From Patescibacteria group bacterium (GTDB lineage Bacteria; Patescibacteriota; UBA1384; DATEAH01), in the NCBI GenBank assembly GCA_035288465.1, contig DATEAH010000001.1:4739-68738 (forward strand): DNA of 64,000 bases. The letters are read 5' to 3'. Made by a program: the position numbers and the translations under genes. The notes under the pieces are model-generated. The model had not been told where the DNA came from. It was given only the letters and a program-made list of their open reading frames with translations, and made no database searches. Positions 1 to 8,920 of the stretch are shown here, piece by piece. The first letter of the stretch is position 1. Each line of letters begins with the position of its first letter.

Positions 1-1
1 T

Positions 2-199
2 GAAGGTGGAAAAAAAATTGATGTTTCTTTAGTGCCTAATTTGCATAAAGGTGATTATATTTTAGTTCATGCCGATTTAGGAATTAACAAATTAGAAAAA
101 GAGGAGGCTTTAAAAATTATCGCCCTGTCAGCCGAATGCCATCATCAACATCCTGAAAATCATATCGCTGCAGGAGGTGTTGTTCATGCAAGAGAATAG
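2..199 (+). CDS. hypC: HypC/HupF hydrogenase maturation chaperone (5' partial)
   Basis: Manual translation: EGGKKIDVSLVPNLHKGDYILVHADLGINKLEKEEA..., matching the HypC GDYVLVHxG motif. His-rich tail, TAG at 197-199, hydrogenase operon nearby. Confidence 0.85.
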   Translation, partial: EGGKKIDVSLVPNLHKGDYILVHADLGINKLEKEEALKIIALSAECHHQHPENHIAAGGVVHARE

Positions 200-938
200 G
201 ATTCCTAATCTTTCGGTTGGCGCCGTGCGAGGATTGGCGAGAGCGAATTTGGGCGGTCCAAATTGTAGCCCGGCAGGTGATTTGAGACCATTGCTAAAAC
301 AAACACGCTCAATGTCGTTAAAGGAAATTGCTGTTCTTTTTGGTGAAATGGGACCAGATACATTTTTGGCAAGCTATGCGGTTCAGAACAATAAATATTC
401 CTTACGGAGTGCTGATATTGCCGAGGCGTATTGTTTTGATCATATGTCGATGGTTCAAGCTGCTGAGAAAATATTTTTTGAACGGGGTTTCGAGGATGAT
501 TACTTTCGTCAAATGCGTGAAAATCGCTTTGTGGTTACACCTGAGAATTTGCCCGAATATCTTTTTTCTTGTCTTGGTAAAATTGGTAAAATTGTCGAAA
601 GAGGAAGAAATTGGGTGATGATAGATTATTTTTATTTTGATCATGGTTCTTTCGGAAGAAACACTATCGAAAGGGACATTGCTATTTCGTTATATGGCGT
701 GGTATTACCTGATGATGCTTGTGAAGGTGATTATGTGGCAGTTCATTTTGCTTCTGCATTCTTGTGCAACCTGGAATTTCCACGAAGCATCTCATCCGGA
801 CAAGTCACAGATAATAACCTTCTTAAACTATTGAAAACATTATCAAGGGGCAAAAAAACAGTTAAGATTGATTATCATAATGTATTTAGTCGGGATCTGA
901 CTGAATGGACGCAAAAAAGATTATCGCCAAAATCGTGA
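186..938 (+). CDS. hypothetical protein, possibly divergent DUF6390-like, hydrogenase-associated
   Basis: About 250 aa ORF overlapping the hypC end, with SD AGGAGG upstream. Contains EAY and a HypC-like 'EGDYVAVHF' motif. Confidence 0.55.
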   Translation: MQENRIPNLSVGAVRGLARANLGGPNCSPAGDLRPLLKQTRSMSLKEIAVLFGEMGPDTFLASYAVQNNKYSLRSADIAEAYCFDHMSMVQAAEKIFFERGFEDDYFRQMRENRFVVTPENLPEYLFSCLGKIGKIVERGRNWVMIDYFYFDHGSFGRNTIERDIAISLYGVVLPDDACEGDYVAVHFASAFLCNLEFPRSISSGQVTDNNLLKLLKTLSRGKKTVKIDYHNVFSRDLTEWTQKRLSPKS

Positions 939-946
939 TCAAATTC

Positions 947-989
947 TTCGCCTGTAATTTTAAGGGGTAAATCGCAGGCGATTTTTTTA
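947..989 (+). terminator. intrinsic terminator
   Basis: TCGCCTG...CAGGCGA stem followed by a T-tract. Confidence 0.6.
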
Positions 990-1087
990 TTGCATCGCTT
1001 GCAAGGCGAAGCCGCAGCCCCGAAGGGGTAGTGCAAGCACGTAACAAGGTTCTCGAGCGAAGCGAGGGGTTCTTATTTTATAATTAT

Positions 1088-2350
1088 TTAGTGTGCCGAA
1101 CAAGTCAAGCACGGATCATAGGCGCGGATTAAAGTTTCAATTTGGGCTTTAATTTCTTCGGGTTTAGCGTTGGATTTAGATTTTTTAATATCTGCCACTA
1201 AAATTTCGACATCTTTCTCAATGTTGGTTAGCATTTGGTTGGTGGGAGTAATAATATCAGCTTTGGCAATTTTACCATTGGCGCCGACTTCATAATAATG
1301 ATAAAGAGTGCCGCGGGGAGCTTCAATAGCAGCAACCCCATGTGATTCGCGGGTTTTGTATGGTTCGGGTTCAATATTTAATTTCTTTTTTTGCAAAATT
1401 GAGGTGAGCTTAATAGCTTCTTCAATTAAGTGTAAAATTTCAATCGTTTGGGCTAAGATGTTGTCAAAAGTATTGAAACTGCCAATTTGAAAATCAAGAG
1501 CATCTAATTTAGCTCGAGCTTGAGGATTTAAGAATTGATAGCCTAAATTCAAACGAGCAATCGCCCCGGTCATGACCGGATTTTTCCGCCAATAAGCTAA
1601 TTTGGCTTTGGAATTTTTGAAAATTTCTTCGGTAAACTCCGATTGGTATGAATTTGCATCAAAATCAATATTTTTATTTGAGGTGACGGGTCCGTCGTAA
1701 ACCTCATATTCATCTTTAGATTTTAAAGCTAAATATTGAGTTGGATTTTTTATAATCGGAAATTTTATTTTCGAAAAAAGATCAATCGTATATTTGGCAT
1801 CATCGACAACATTTTCGAGATCAAATTGAAGTTCAGAAAGCTGATGATGGGTGACAGATTTGGAAAAACCATCAATAACGGGGTTTACAGGGTGAATTGA
1901 GCGACCGCCAACGGTTTCTAAAATTTTATCCGCCATCCTTTTTAGGTTAATCGCAATGTGAAATTCGTCAGGATATGAATTGGCAAGAATTTGGCCAGCC
2001 TTTAAATTTAAATAATCTGGCAAAACCAAAAAATATAAATGCAGATTATGACTTTGAATAATTTGTGCCACAATAAGTAATTTGCGCAAAAGCACTGTGG
2101 TTTCAGTAGGTTCAATTTTAAAAATTTTCTCCATCGCTTTAATGGCAGCTAAATGATGAGCAGTTGGACAAACACCGCAAATACGAGCTACCAAAAAAGG
2201 AATTTCTTCTGGAGTTCGGCCCAAGACCAACTGTTCAAAAAGCCGTTCGCCTTCAGCAACTTCAAAATTAGCTTTGTTTTTAGCAAAATCAAAATACAAC
2301 AAGCCGTGACCTTCAATTTTAGTGATATATTCAGAATATATAGGTTTCAT
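1088..2350 (-). CDS. hydA: [NiFe]-hydrogenase group 3b-type large (alpha) subunit
   Basis: N-terminal KIEGHG, L1 motif RICGVC, EAPRGTLYH, L2 motif DPCLTCSAH at the C-terminus. Confidence 0.95.
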   Translation of the reverse strand: MKPIYSEYITKIEGHGLLYFDFAKNKANFEVAEGERLFEQLVLGRTPEEIPFLVARICGVCPTAHHLAAIKAMEKIFKIEPTETTVLLRKLLIVAQIIQSHNLHLYFLVLPDYLNLKAGQILANSYPDEFHIAINLKRMADKILETVGGRSIHPVNPVIDGFSKSVTHHQLSELQFDLENVVDDAKYTIDLFSKIKFPIIKNPTQYLALKSKDEYEVYDGPVTSNKNIDFDANSYQSEFTEEIFKNSKAKLAYWRKNPVMTGAIARLNLGYQFLNPQARAKLDALDFQIGSFNTFDNILAQTIEILHLIEEAIKLTSILQKKKLNIEPEPYKTRESHGVAAIEAPRGTLYHYYEVGANGKIAKADIITPTNQMLTNIEKDVEILVADIKKSKSNAKPEEIKAQIETLIRAYDPCLTCSAH

Positions 2351-2362
2351 TTGCCCCCTTGA

Positions 2363-3160
2363 TTAAATATTCCTCCAAACCGTATTGAATTGATTTTTAA
2401 TTTCTACGTCGGTGAGCCCAATTTTTTTAAGGCGATTTTTTTCCGCCTCAAAATTTGCATCATCTATAGGACCCAAACAACCGAAGCAAGAGGCGCCGTG
2501 AGATGGGCAAACAGCATTACAACCGGCGGCAGTGATTGGTCCTAAACATGGTTTGCCTTTTAAGAGTAAGCATTGATTTTGTCTGGCACGGCAGGGGAGA
2601 CAAACCGGATATTTTTTATTGGTGAATATTTTTCCAGTAATCGCGTCTGTAAATAATTTCTCTAAATCTGAAAAATTTACTGGACAGCCCCAAATCACCC
2701 CATCGATTTTAATATAATCTGAAATAGGTTTTGCGGGCAAGGAATCATATTTTAGGCCAGGATAAACTTTGGCAAAAGCCGAGGCTCTTTTTTGAGGATC
2801 TAATAAGGCGGGTATGCCGCCAGAACAAGCGCAAGTGCCTAAGGCAATCGCATTTTTAGCATGCTTTCGGATTGTTTTTAAAAGTGCAACCTCCTCATTT
2901 TTAATGGGCGTACCTTCAATTAAAGCAAAATCCATCTCTTCCCATTCATCATCATTTTGAGATAGGTTCCAAGCAGGGGTACCCTCCACGACCGCGAGAT
3001 TAACTTCACCCCATTTTTTATTATCTTGCGCTAAGCGCCAATTAATAATTTGAATTTTTTCTAATAAATCTGAAAACTTTTCTCGAAAATTAAGCATTTC
3101 TAATTCGCAACCTTCGCAATCAGTTAGATCGAAAATTCCTACCTTAATATTGTTCAGCAT
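2363..3160 (-). CDS. hydD: [NiFe]-hydrogenase small (delta) subunit
   Basis: CEGC, GTCACSGG, GCP, and C-terminal Fe-S motifs (CLGP, GCNAVCP, CFGC). Confidence 0.92.
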   Translation of the reverse strand: MLNNIKVGIFDLTDCEGCELEMLNFREKFSDLLEKIQIINWRLAQDNKKWGEVNLAVVEGTPAWNLSQNDDEWEEMDFALIEGTPIKNEEVALLKTIRKHAKNAIALGTCACSGGIPALLDPQKRASAFAKVYPGLKYDSLPAKPISDYIKIDGVIWGCPVNFSDLEKLFTDAITGKIFTNKKYPVCLPCRARQNQCLLLKGKPCLGPITAAGCNAVCPSHGASCFGCLGPIDDANFEAEKNRLKKIGLTDVEIKNQFNTVWRNI

Positions 3161-3192
3161 TTAAACCTCAAAAGATTATTAAATAAATTACC

Positions 3193-4002
3193 CTAAAAAT
3201 CATTCGCGATTTCGCTATATTGAAAAACTGGTCCATCTAAACAAGTATACTTTTTGCCCAGGGTGCAGTGTTGACACTTACCTACCCCGCATTTCATTTT
3301 CGCTTCCATGGAAACTAAAATTTGCTCAGGTTTTATATCTAATTTTGCTAAAGCCTCAGCGTTGTTTTGATACATTAGGACTGGTCCGCACATTACTACC
3401 GCGGTGTTTTGAGGGTTGACTTTGATTTGGTCGCGATGGCATAATCCAGTCACAAAACCAGTCTTGCCTTCCCAGTTAGCATCTTTTTCTTCAACGCAAA
3501 GTTCTATATTTATTTTTTTCTGCCATTTTGTATAATGATTTCGAAATAGTAGCTGCGAAGTGGTTTTTGCACCGTATAATAAATAAATTTGATTAAAACT
3601 GCGTCGATTTCTGAGTAAAAACTCAATTAATGATGCTAAGGGTGCAATTCCCATACCGCCAGCGACTAATATCAAGTCTTTTTTGGATAATTTTTTGAGC
3701 GGAAAGCCATTGCCGAATGGTCCACGAATATCAACAAAATCATATTTTTGAAGTTTTTCTAAAGCGGTGGTGACGATCCCAACCCTTCGAATTGATAGTT
3801 GGAATTGGTTAGATTTTGCCGGGTCCGAGCAGGGAGCAAAAGGCGCTTCGCCAAAACCTGGCAGGCTTAACATGACAAATTGACCGGGAATAAAGCTAAA
3901 ACCTGGCAGATTGAAAGTATAAAGATTAATTCCCTCTGCTTGTTTTTTGATGGAAATTAATTTGGCCCTATTGCCTAAATATTGATTGGTAATTTTTTTC
4001 AT
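3193..4002 (-). CDS. hydG: sulfhydrogenase gamma subunit (FAD/NAD(P)-binding, 2Fe-2S)
   Basis: PGQF, RGPFGNGF, AGGMGIAP, MKCGVGKCQHC...CLDGPVF. Confidence 0.9.
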   Translation of the reverse strand: MKKITNQYLGNRAKLISIKKQAEGINLYTFNLPGFSFIPGQFVMLSLPGFGEAPFAPCSDPAKSNQFQLSIRRVGIVTTALEKLQKYDFVDIRGPFGNGFPLKKLSKKDLILVAGGMGIAPLASLIEFLLRNRRSFNQIYLLYGAKTTSQLLFRNHYTKWQKKINIELCVEEKDANWEGKTGFVTGLCHRDQIKVNPQNTAVVMCGPVLMYQNNAEALAKLDIKPEQILVSMEAKMKCGVGKCQHCTLGKKYTCLDGPVFQYSEIANDF

Positions 4003-4003
4003 T

Positions 4004-5020
4004 TTAACTCGCAGGTTTTCTGCTATTTTTAATTAATTCTTCTAAGACTTCTCGAAAATTAATTTTGGCTGGGCATTGGGCAAGGCATCTGCCACAACCA
4101 ACACAACCTGGATGGTCATATTCTTCGGGCATTCTCACAAATTTATGATGATACCAATTATAAATCCGATCGCGCAATTTCGGTTTGGTGCAATTCTTGT
4201 TGGCAATTGTCCAAAAATCCGCTAAAAAACAAGCATCCCAACGACGATATCGGCATTTTTGGCGGTTATCAAGGCCGATCTCGTCTGAAGTTTCAAAACA
4301 ATAGCATAATGGGCAGACATATGAACAAACTCCGCAGCCAAGGCAGATTTTGGCAAGTTTGTCCCAGACTTGGCTGTCTTTATTTTCTTCGATGATTTTG
4401 GCGGTTTTGGGAGAAAAGACAAAATCTGGTTCGAAATCTTTGACTCGTTTAATTTTCCAACTCGAATCTTCAAAAAAGGGCAATTCAACTAATTTCTCGC
4501 CAATTTTTGAACCGACAGTAACGATAAAAAAACCTTTCATTTGACTTAAAAATAAATCAAAACCACCTTTTAATTCAAAAGGGAAATAGTGGTCGAAATG
4601 AAGCGGAGTGCGTTGATTTTCGATGCCGATAATAATCGTTCTTTGGCGGCGGGAAAGATAATAAAAATCTTCAGTAGGTTTAGACATGACTTTATCTAAA
4701 ATATTGATTGCCTGAATATCATAATCATGAACGCCAAACAACACTTGAGTAGGTAATTGGTCGATGGTGGCGCGATTTTTGGGTTTTGTGAAATCTAGCA
4801 TTAACTCTTTGGGTGGCATTAGGGCGATTTTATTTGGTGGCAACATCGTGGTGGGGTAATCTAAGGCGATTTTGGGGATTTGCGAAGGTCGACCATAGTG
4901 AGGATTTATCAATTCAAACACAAATTGAGCCTCTTTTTTAATAGGGGCAATTACTAAATATTTTTTTTCGAGCCAATCTAATAATTTTGGCACCTGAGAA
5001 CGCCGAATAATCTTAGCCAA
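4004..5020 (-). CDS. hydB: sulfhydrogenase beta subunit (4Fe-4S dicluster)
   Basis: CLGCGVCSYVCPLCYCF and CVGCGRCLAQCP motifs. Confidence 0.9.
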   Translation of the reverse strand: MAKIIRRSQVPKLLDWLEKKYLVIAPIKKEAQFVFELINPHYGRPSQIPKIALDYPTTMLPPNKIALMPPKELMLDFTKPKNRATIDQLPTQVLFGVHDYDIQAINILDKVMSKPTEDFYYLSRRQRTIIIGIENQRTPLHFDHYFPFELKGGFDLFLSQMKGFFIVTVGSKIGEKLVELPFFEDSSWKIKRVKDFEPDFVFSPKTAKIIEENKDSQVWDKLAKICLGCGVCSYVCPLCYCFETSDEIGLDNRQKCRYRRWDACFLADFWTIANKNCTKPKLRDRIYNWYHHKFVRMPEEYDHPGCVGCGRCLAQCPAKINFREVLEELIKNSRKPAS

Positions 5021-5032
5021 CCCACTCCTTAT

Positions 5033-5180
5033 CCCGCCAGGGCGGGGAATTTCTAAATACTAAGCACTAAATCCTAATCAAATTCAAATTTTTAAATTCT
5101 AATAATCCAAACAAATTTAGAAATTAAAATTTAATATTTAGATATTGTTTAGAGTTTAGAAATTAGGATTTAGGATTTTT
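5033..5180. repeat. AT-rich imperfect palindrome built of ~7-nt repeats, preceded by a CCCGCC-AG-GGCGGG hairpin
   Basis: Left arm AAATACTAAGCACTAAATCCTAA is complementary to right arm TTTAGAAATTAGGATTTAGGATTT. Similar to 21260-21379. Confidence 0.75.
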
Positions 5181-5312
5181 TACCTATCCTTATTATATCA
5201 GAAAAAATCTTTGAGTAAAAAGAAAAGAGACCGATTTATATACCGCTGCCCCAAAGGGGCATTGTTGGGAGTGAACCCAACAGGTCTCGCGGTTTGGATC
5301 TGGGTGTAGGTG

Positions 5313-5735
5313 TTAGTCGAAGAAATCGAGCGTCCAACTGTCAGTAGACCACTGTTTCGTGATCGTTACAGACGCTCGGGTCAGTCTTGCTGTGCCGTTC
5401 CATACTCTTTCGAATTCCCCTGTCCGCAGATCGTCAGAACCCGACGGTTTTTCGACCGTGCACCAGCCGGAGTAAACCGTAAGGTTGAGAGTGGCTTCTT
5501 CACCAGTCGACTCATCCCGTAAAGCCATCCGGACATCTCTCTTGGTCCGGGCGATTGGAGTAGGGGCCTCCCTTATAATGATGGAGCTGGAGGTTTCTTG
5601 CTCGACCCCTCCCCAATCTATACGGAAAATATTGAGGAGTGGAAGAAGCGGCCAGTCGGGGAGATGAATGCAGATCATCTCCGATGCCACCTCAAGTGCG
5701 ATCCTGTAGCCCAACGGAAACGGTCGGAGTGACAT
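5313..5735 (-). CDS. hypothetical protein (GC-richer orphan)
   Basis: ORF with SD GAGGTG 6 nt before ATG at 5735, own promoter upstream and terminator-like structure downstream. Confidence 0.6.
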   Translation of the reverse strand: MSLRPFPLGYRIALEVASEMICIHLPDWPLLPLLNIFRIDWGGVEQETSSSIIIREAPTPIARTKRDVRMALRDESTGEEATLNLTVYSGWCTVEKPSGSDDLRTGEFERVWNGTARLTRASVTITKQWSTDSWTLDFFD

Positions 5736-5806
5736 TTGATACACCTCGCATAGTGCGAGATAGGTACGCTAAAGCGTACCATTCACCATAGTGGTGAAGT
5801 AGCTTT

Positions 5807-5835
5807 ATTATAGCATATAATATATATTTTGTCAA
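5807..5835 (-). promoter_or_regulatory. sigma70 promoter
   Basis: Minus strand TTGACA-17 nt-TATAAT. Confidence 0.75.
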
Positions 5836-6000
5836 TATTATTTACAATTTTCTACGAAATACAAAAATCAATACAAAAATACAAAAATTAAGGAGAATAA
5901 AAAAAGCTGCTGGTAAGAATGATGAAAATAATGGAATTATTTTGCTTATACCAGCAGACGGGATTAATGGAATTCGATAAAAAGCTTAAATAATGAGATC

Positions 6001-6444
6001 TTAGGATCCTTTTTTGTTATGGAAAGCTTCTATCATTCGAGCGGTTTCTTGTCCTTTTTGGATCTCAATTAAATTCCTTTGGGCTTTATCAACTTTCTGT
6101 GTAATCAATTCGAGACGATGATGCAATTCTGCGAGAGATTGTACGTGTTGTGGTTCAAGGATTTCAAGAATTCCCAGAATCAATTCCCAAATTATCTGTT
6201 GTTCGCGTTCTTCGGGAGTGGATGTTGGGAAGGTGTGAAGGGTTGTTCGAGTCATCAATGATTTTGCAAGATTGACCATCTCATGCCAGGTGTAAATCGG
6301 TTTGGTTTTTGGAATATCACAAATGCTTCGAGGTGCGTTTCTTGATCGTCTAATTCCGGGAGTTCCAATACCTGTCGATTGTAAAGTTCGAATATCCTGG
6401 AGAAGATTGGCTCTTCGTTTTCTTGCTTTTTCCGGGATTCTCAA
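6001..6444 (-). CDS. hypothetical protein (C-terminal coiled coil)
   Basis: 147 aa ORF, GGGGGA SD-like sequence before a TTG start. Confidence 0.5.
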   Translation of the reverse strand: MRIPEKARKRRANLLQDIRTLQSTGIGTPGIRRSRNAPRSICDIPKTKPIYTWHEMVNLAKSLMTRTTLHTFPTSTPEEREQQIIWELILGILEILEPQHVQSLAELHHRLELITQKVDKAQRNLIEIQKGQETARMIEAFHNKKGS

Positions 6445-6567
6445 GGTATAGTCCCCCTTTTTCGGGTCGCAGTAGCCATAAAACTAAAATTAGTATATCA
6501 TAGGTGTCCTTAATGTCAATATTTTGTTTTTTGGTTTCCTATTATATAATGGATTTGAGGTAAAAAA

Positions 6568-7731
6568 ATGAAAACATTACAACAAGTCGATGTTAAGAAT
6601 AAAAAAATATTAATGCGTGTTGATTTTAATGTGCCAATTGAAAATGGAAAAGTCAAAGAAGAATTTCGCTTAAAAGCGGACACGCCAACGATTGATTATT
6701 TAATTAACGAGGGAGCTTCACAAATTATTTTAATTTCACATTTAGGTCGACCAGAAGGCAAAGTTGTCCCAAAATATTCGCTCATGCCAGTGGCTGAGAG
6801 TTTTCAAAAAATTATTGGCGCTAAAGGTGGAATTAAAAAAACCGAAATTGATAGTTTCCCTGCTTTTGAAATATCTCCTAAAATCACCTTATTGGAAAAT
6901 ATCAGATTTTATCCAGAAGAAGAAGCGAGTGACCCGGTTTTTGTCAAAAAATTAGCCCAATTAGGTGATATTTTTGTTTTTGATGCTTTTGGGGCGGCAC
7001 ATCGAGAATCAGCATCGTGTACGGGATTGGCGAAAATTATGCCGTCATTTGCGGGATTTCTGTTGTTGTTGGAATTAGAAAAATTAAATCATTTATTGGT
7101 TGATCCTCCCAAACCCTTTGTTTTGATTTTAGGTGGAGCAAAAATTGCGGATAAGTTGCCGGTGATGAAAAATTTATTTGGCAAAGTTGACACTTTTATG
7201 GTGGGCGGCGCGATCGCAAATACTTTTTTGGCGTCTAAAGAAATTTCAGTCGGAAAATCATTAATTGAACCTGAATTAAAATCTGAGGCGGCGATAATTT
7301 CCAATATGATTTTGGACGATCCCAAAAAAGATATTTTTATCCCACAAGATGTGGTGGTTTCCAAAGACACAAGCAAGGCGAAAGAATTGCGCGATATTGC
7401 CAGAAATGAAGTTAAAAATGATGATTATATAGTTGATCTGGGGATGAAAACTATTGAAATGATTCAGCCGAAAATAGCCGAAGCTGGGACCATTTTTTGG
7501 AACGGAAGTTTGGGAATTTGCGAGGTCCCGGAATTTGCTAAGGGCACCAAATTAGTGGCAGAGATGGCGATAAAAAGTAAAGCTGAAAAAATATTAGCTG
7601 GCGGAGACACAATTTTGGCTGTAAATTCCGCTGGGTTTTTAAATAAATTTGATTTTGTTTCAACAGGTGGTGGTGCGGCTTTAGAATTTTTAGCTGGCAA
7701 AAGACTGCCTGCAGTTGAAATGTTAGAATAG
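6568..7731 (+). CDS. pgk: phosphoglycerate kinase
   Basis: RVDFNVP, SHLGRP, LENIRF, GGAK, STGGGA motifs. Confidence 0.98.
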   Translation: MKTLQQVDVKNKKILMRVDFNVPIENGKVKEEFRLKADTPTIDYLINEGASQIILISHLGRPEGKVVPKYSLMPVAESFQKIIGAKGGIKKTEIDSFPAFEISPKITLLENIRFYPEEEASDPVFVKKLAQLGDIFVFDAFGAAHRESASCTGLAKIMPSFAGFLLLLELEKLNHLLVDPPKPFVLILGGAKIADKLPVMKNLFGKVDTFMVGGAIANTFLASKEISVGKSLIEPELKSEAAIISNMILDDPKKDIFIPQDVVVSKDTSKAKELRDIARNEVKNDDYIVDLGMKTIEMIQPKIAEAGTIFWNGSLGICEVPEFAKGTKLVAEMAIKSKAEKILAGGDTILAVNSAGFLNKFDFVSTGGGAALEFLAGKRLPAVEMLE

Positions 7732-7786
7732 TTCTATTTGACACAATTTATTTTTTTGGTAAAATAACACTATCCTTGTTCAGGAG

Positions 7787-8809
7787 GTGTTGTTGTTGAT
7801 ATACAAAGCTCGTGCACCAGTTCGAATTTGTGATATGGGTGGTTGGACTGACATTGAATTGTGCAAAAAATTAGGTGGCGGTTGTGTGACTTCAATGGCG
7901 GTAAGTTTGTATAGCCAGGTTGCGGTCGAACCTAACGGGTCTGATGGCTTAATGATTATTTCTGAAAATCTCGGTACCAAAGACTATATTGAGGACTATC
8001 GAAGAATTGAATATGATGGAACCCTGAATCTTCTCCGAGCGGCTTTGAAACGAATGGGTATTAACCAAGGTCTAACGGTTCGGATAAAGGCTGATGCACC
8101 GCCAGGTTGTGGAGTTGGGACTTCAGCATCGGTAGCAGTGGCTTTGTTAGGGGCGATTCATTTGATGAGGGGATTACCAATTGATAAGTCAAAAATTGCC
8201 GCCTTGGCGCAAAAATTGGAAACTGAAGAACTTAAACTCTTGTGCGGTGTTCAGGATCAGTGGGCAGCCGCTTTTGGCGGTTGGAATATGATGGAGATTG
8301 ACTATCCCGAGGTTAACCTCACGCCAATTACGCCCCCTGAAGGTTTAATCCCTGAGCTGGAAAGCCGAATGCTTTTGGTTTATTTTGGGCCAAGAAGTTC
8401 TAACAAGCAACATGGTAAGATTTTGAATAATTTTGCTTCTGGTCACGATCGATCAGTACAAGCATTTTCGGAATTAAAGGAAAATGGTCAAAGAATGTAT
8501 CAGGCTCTGCAGAATGGAGATATAAACTTAATTACTTGGGCTATCAACCAAAACTGGAGATCTCAAAATAAATTAGTTCCTCCTGGATGTTACGGGATTA
8601 ATACACGGCAGATTGATTGGGTGAGTGAGGTAGCCTTTGAAAACGGAGCAATTGCTTTTGATACCAATGGTGCTGGCGGCGGCGGATCTGCTATTCTGCT
8701 TGCTGAAGAAGGCAAAGAATATCAACTTGAAAAGGCGTTGAGGGAAAAGGGCATTCAATTATTACCATTTAGGTTCGACTTTACCGGTTTACAGGTCTGG
8801 AAAACATAA
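7787..8809 (+). CDS. GHMP kinase (HddA-like sugar-phosphate kinase)
   Basis: APVRI..GGWTD, PPGCGVGTSAS, GVQDQ, GAGGGG. Confidence 0.85.
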   Translation: MLLLIYKARAPVRICDMGGWTDIELCKKLGGGCVTSMAVSLYSQVAVEPNGSDGLMIISENLGTKDYIEDYRRIEYDGTLNLLRAALKRMGINQGLTVRIKADAPPGCGVGTSASVAVALLGAIHLMRGLPIDKSKIAALAQKLETEELKLLCGVQDQWAAAFGGWNMMEIDYPEVNLTPITPPEGLIPELESRMLLVYFGPRSSNKQHGKILNNFASGHDRSVQAFSELKENGQRMYQALQNGDINLITWAINQNWRSQNKLVPPGCYGINTRQIDWVSEVAFENGAIAFDTNGAGGGGSAILLAEEGKEYQLEKALREKGIQLLPFRFDFTGLQVWKT

Positions 8810-8920
8810 TTTAAATTACTTGGGGCTTGGGCTCATTTTTTGGGTCTTAGCCCTTTTTTCTTTTTTGGTCTTGTTTTTGAAGCCGTAAAATGATAAAATA
8901 ATTTAAAAGGAGAAATAAAT

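Noticed and set aside
990-1075. GC-rich nested palindromes here and at 28650-28682 and 54410-54498
   Set aside because: Probably small REP-like repeats, but no clear second copy or defined family could be established by eye.
5048-5180. Possible CRISPR array in the AT-rich repeats
   Set aside because: No identical 25-45 nt repeats with unique spacers and no cas genes anywhere in the window.
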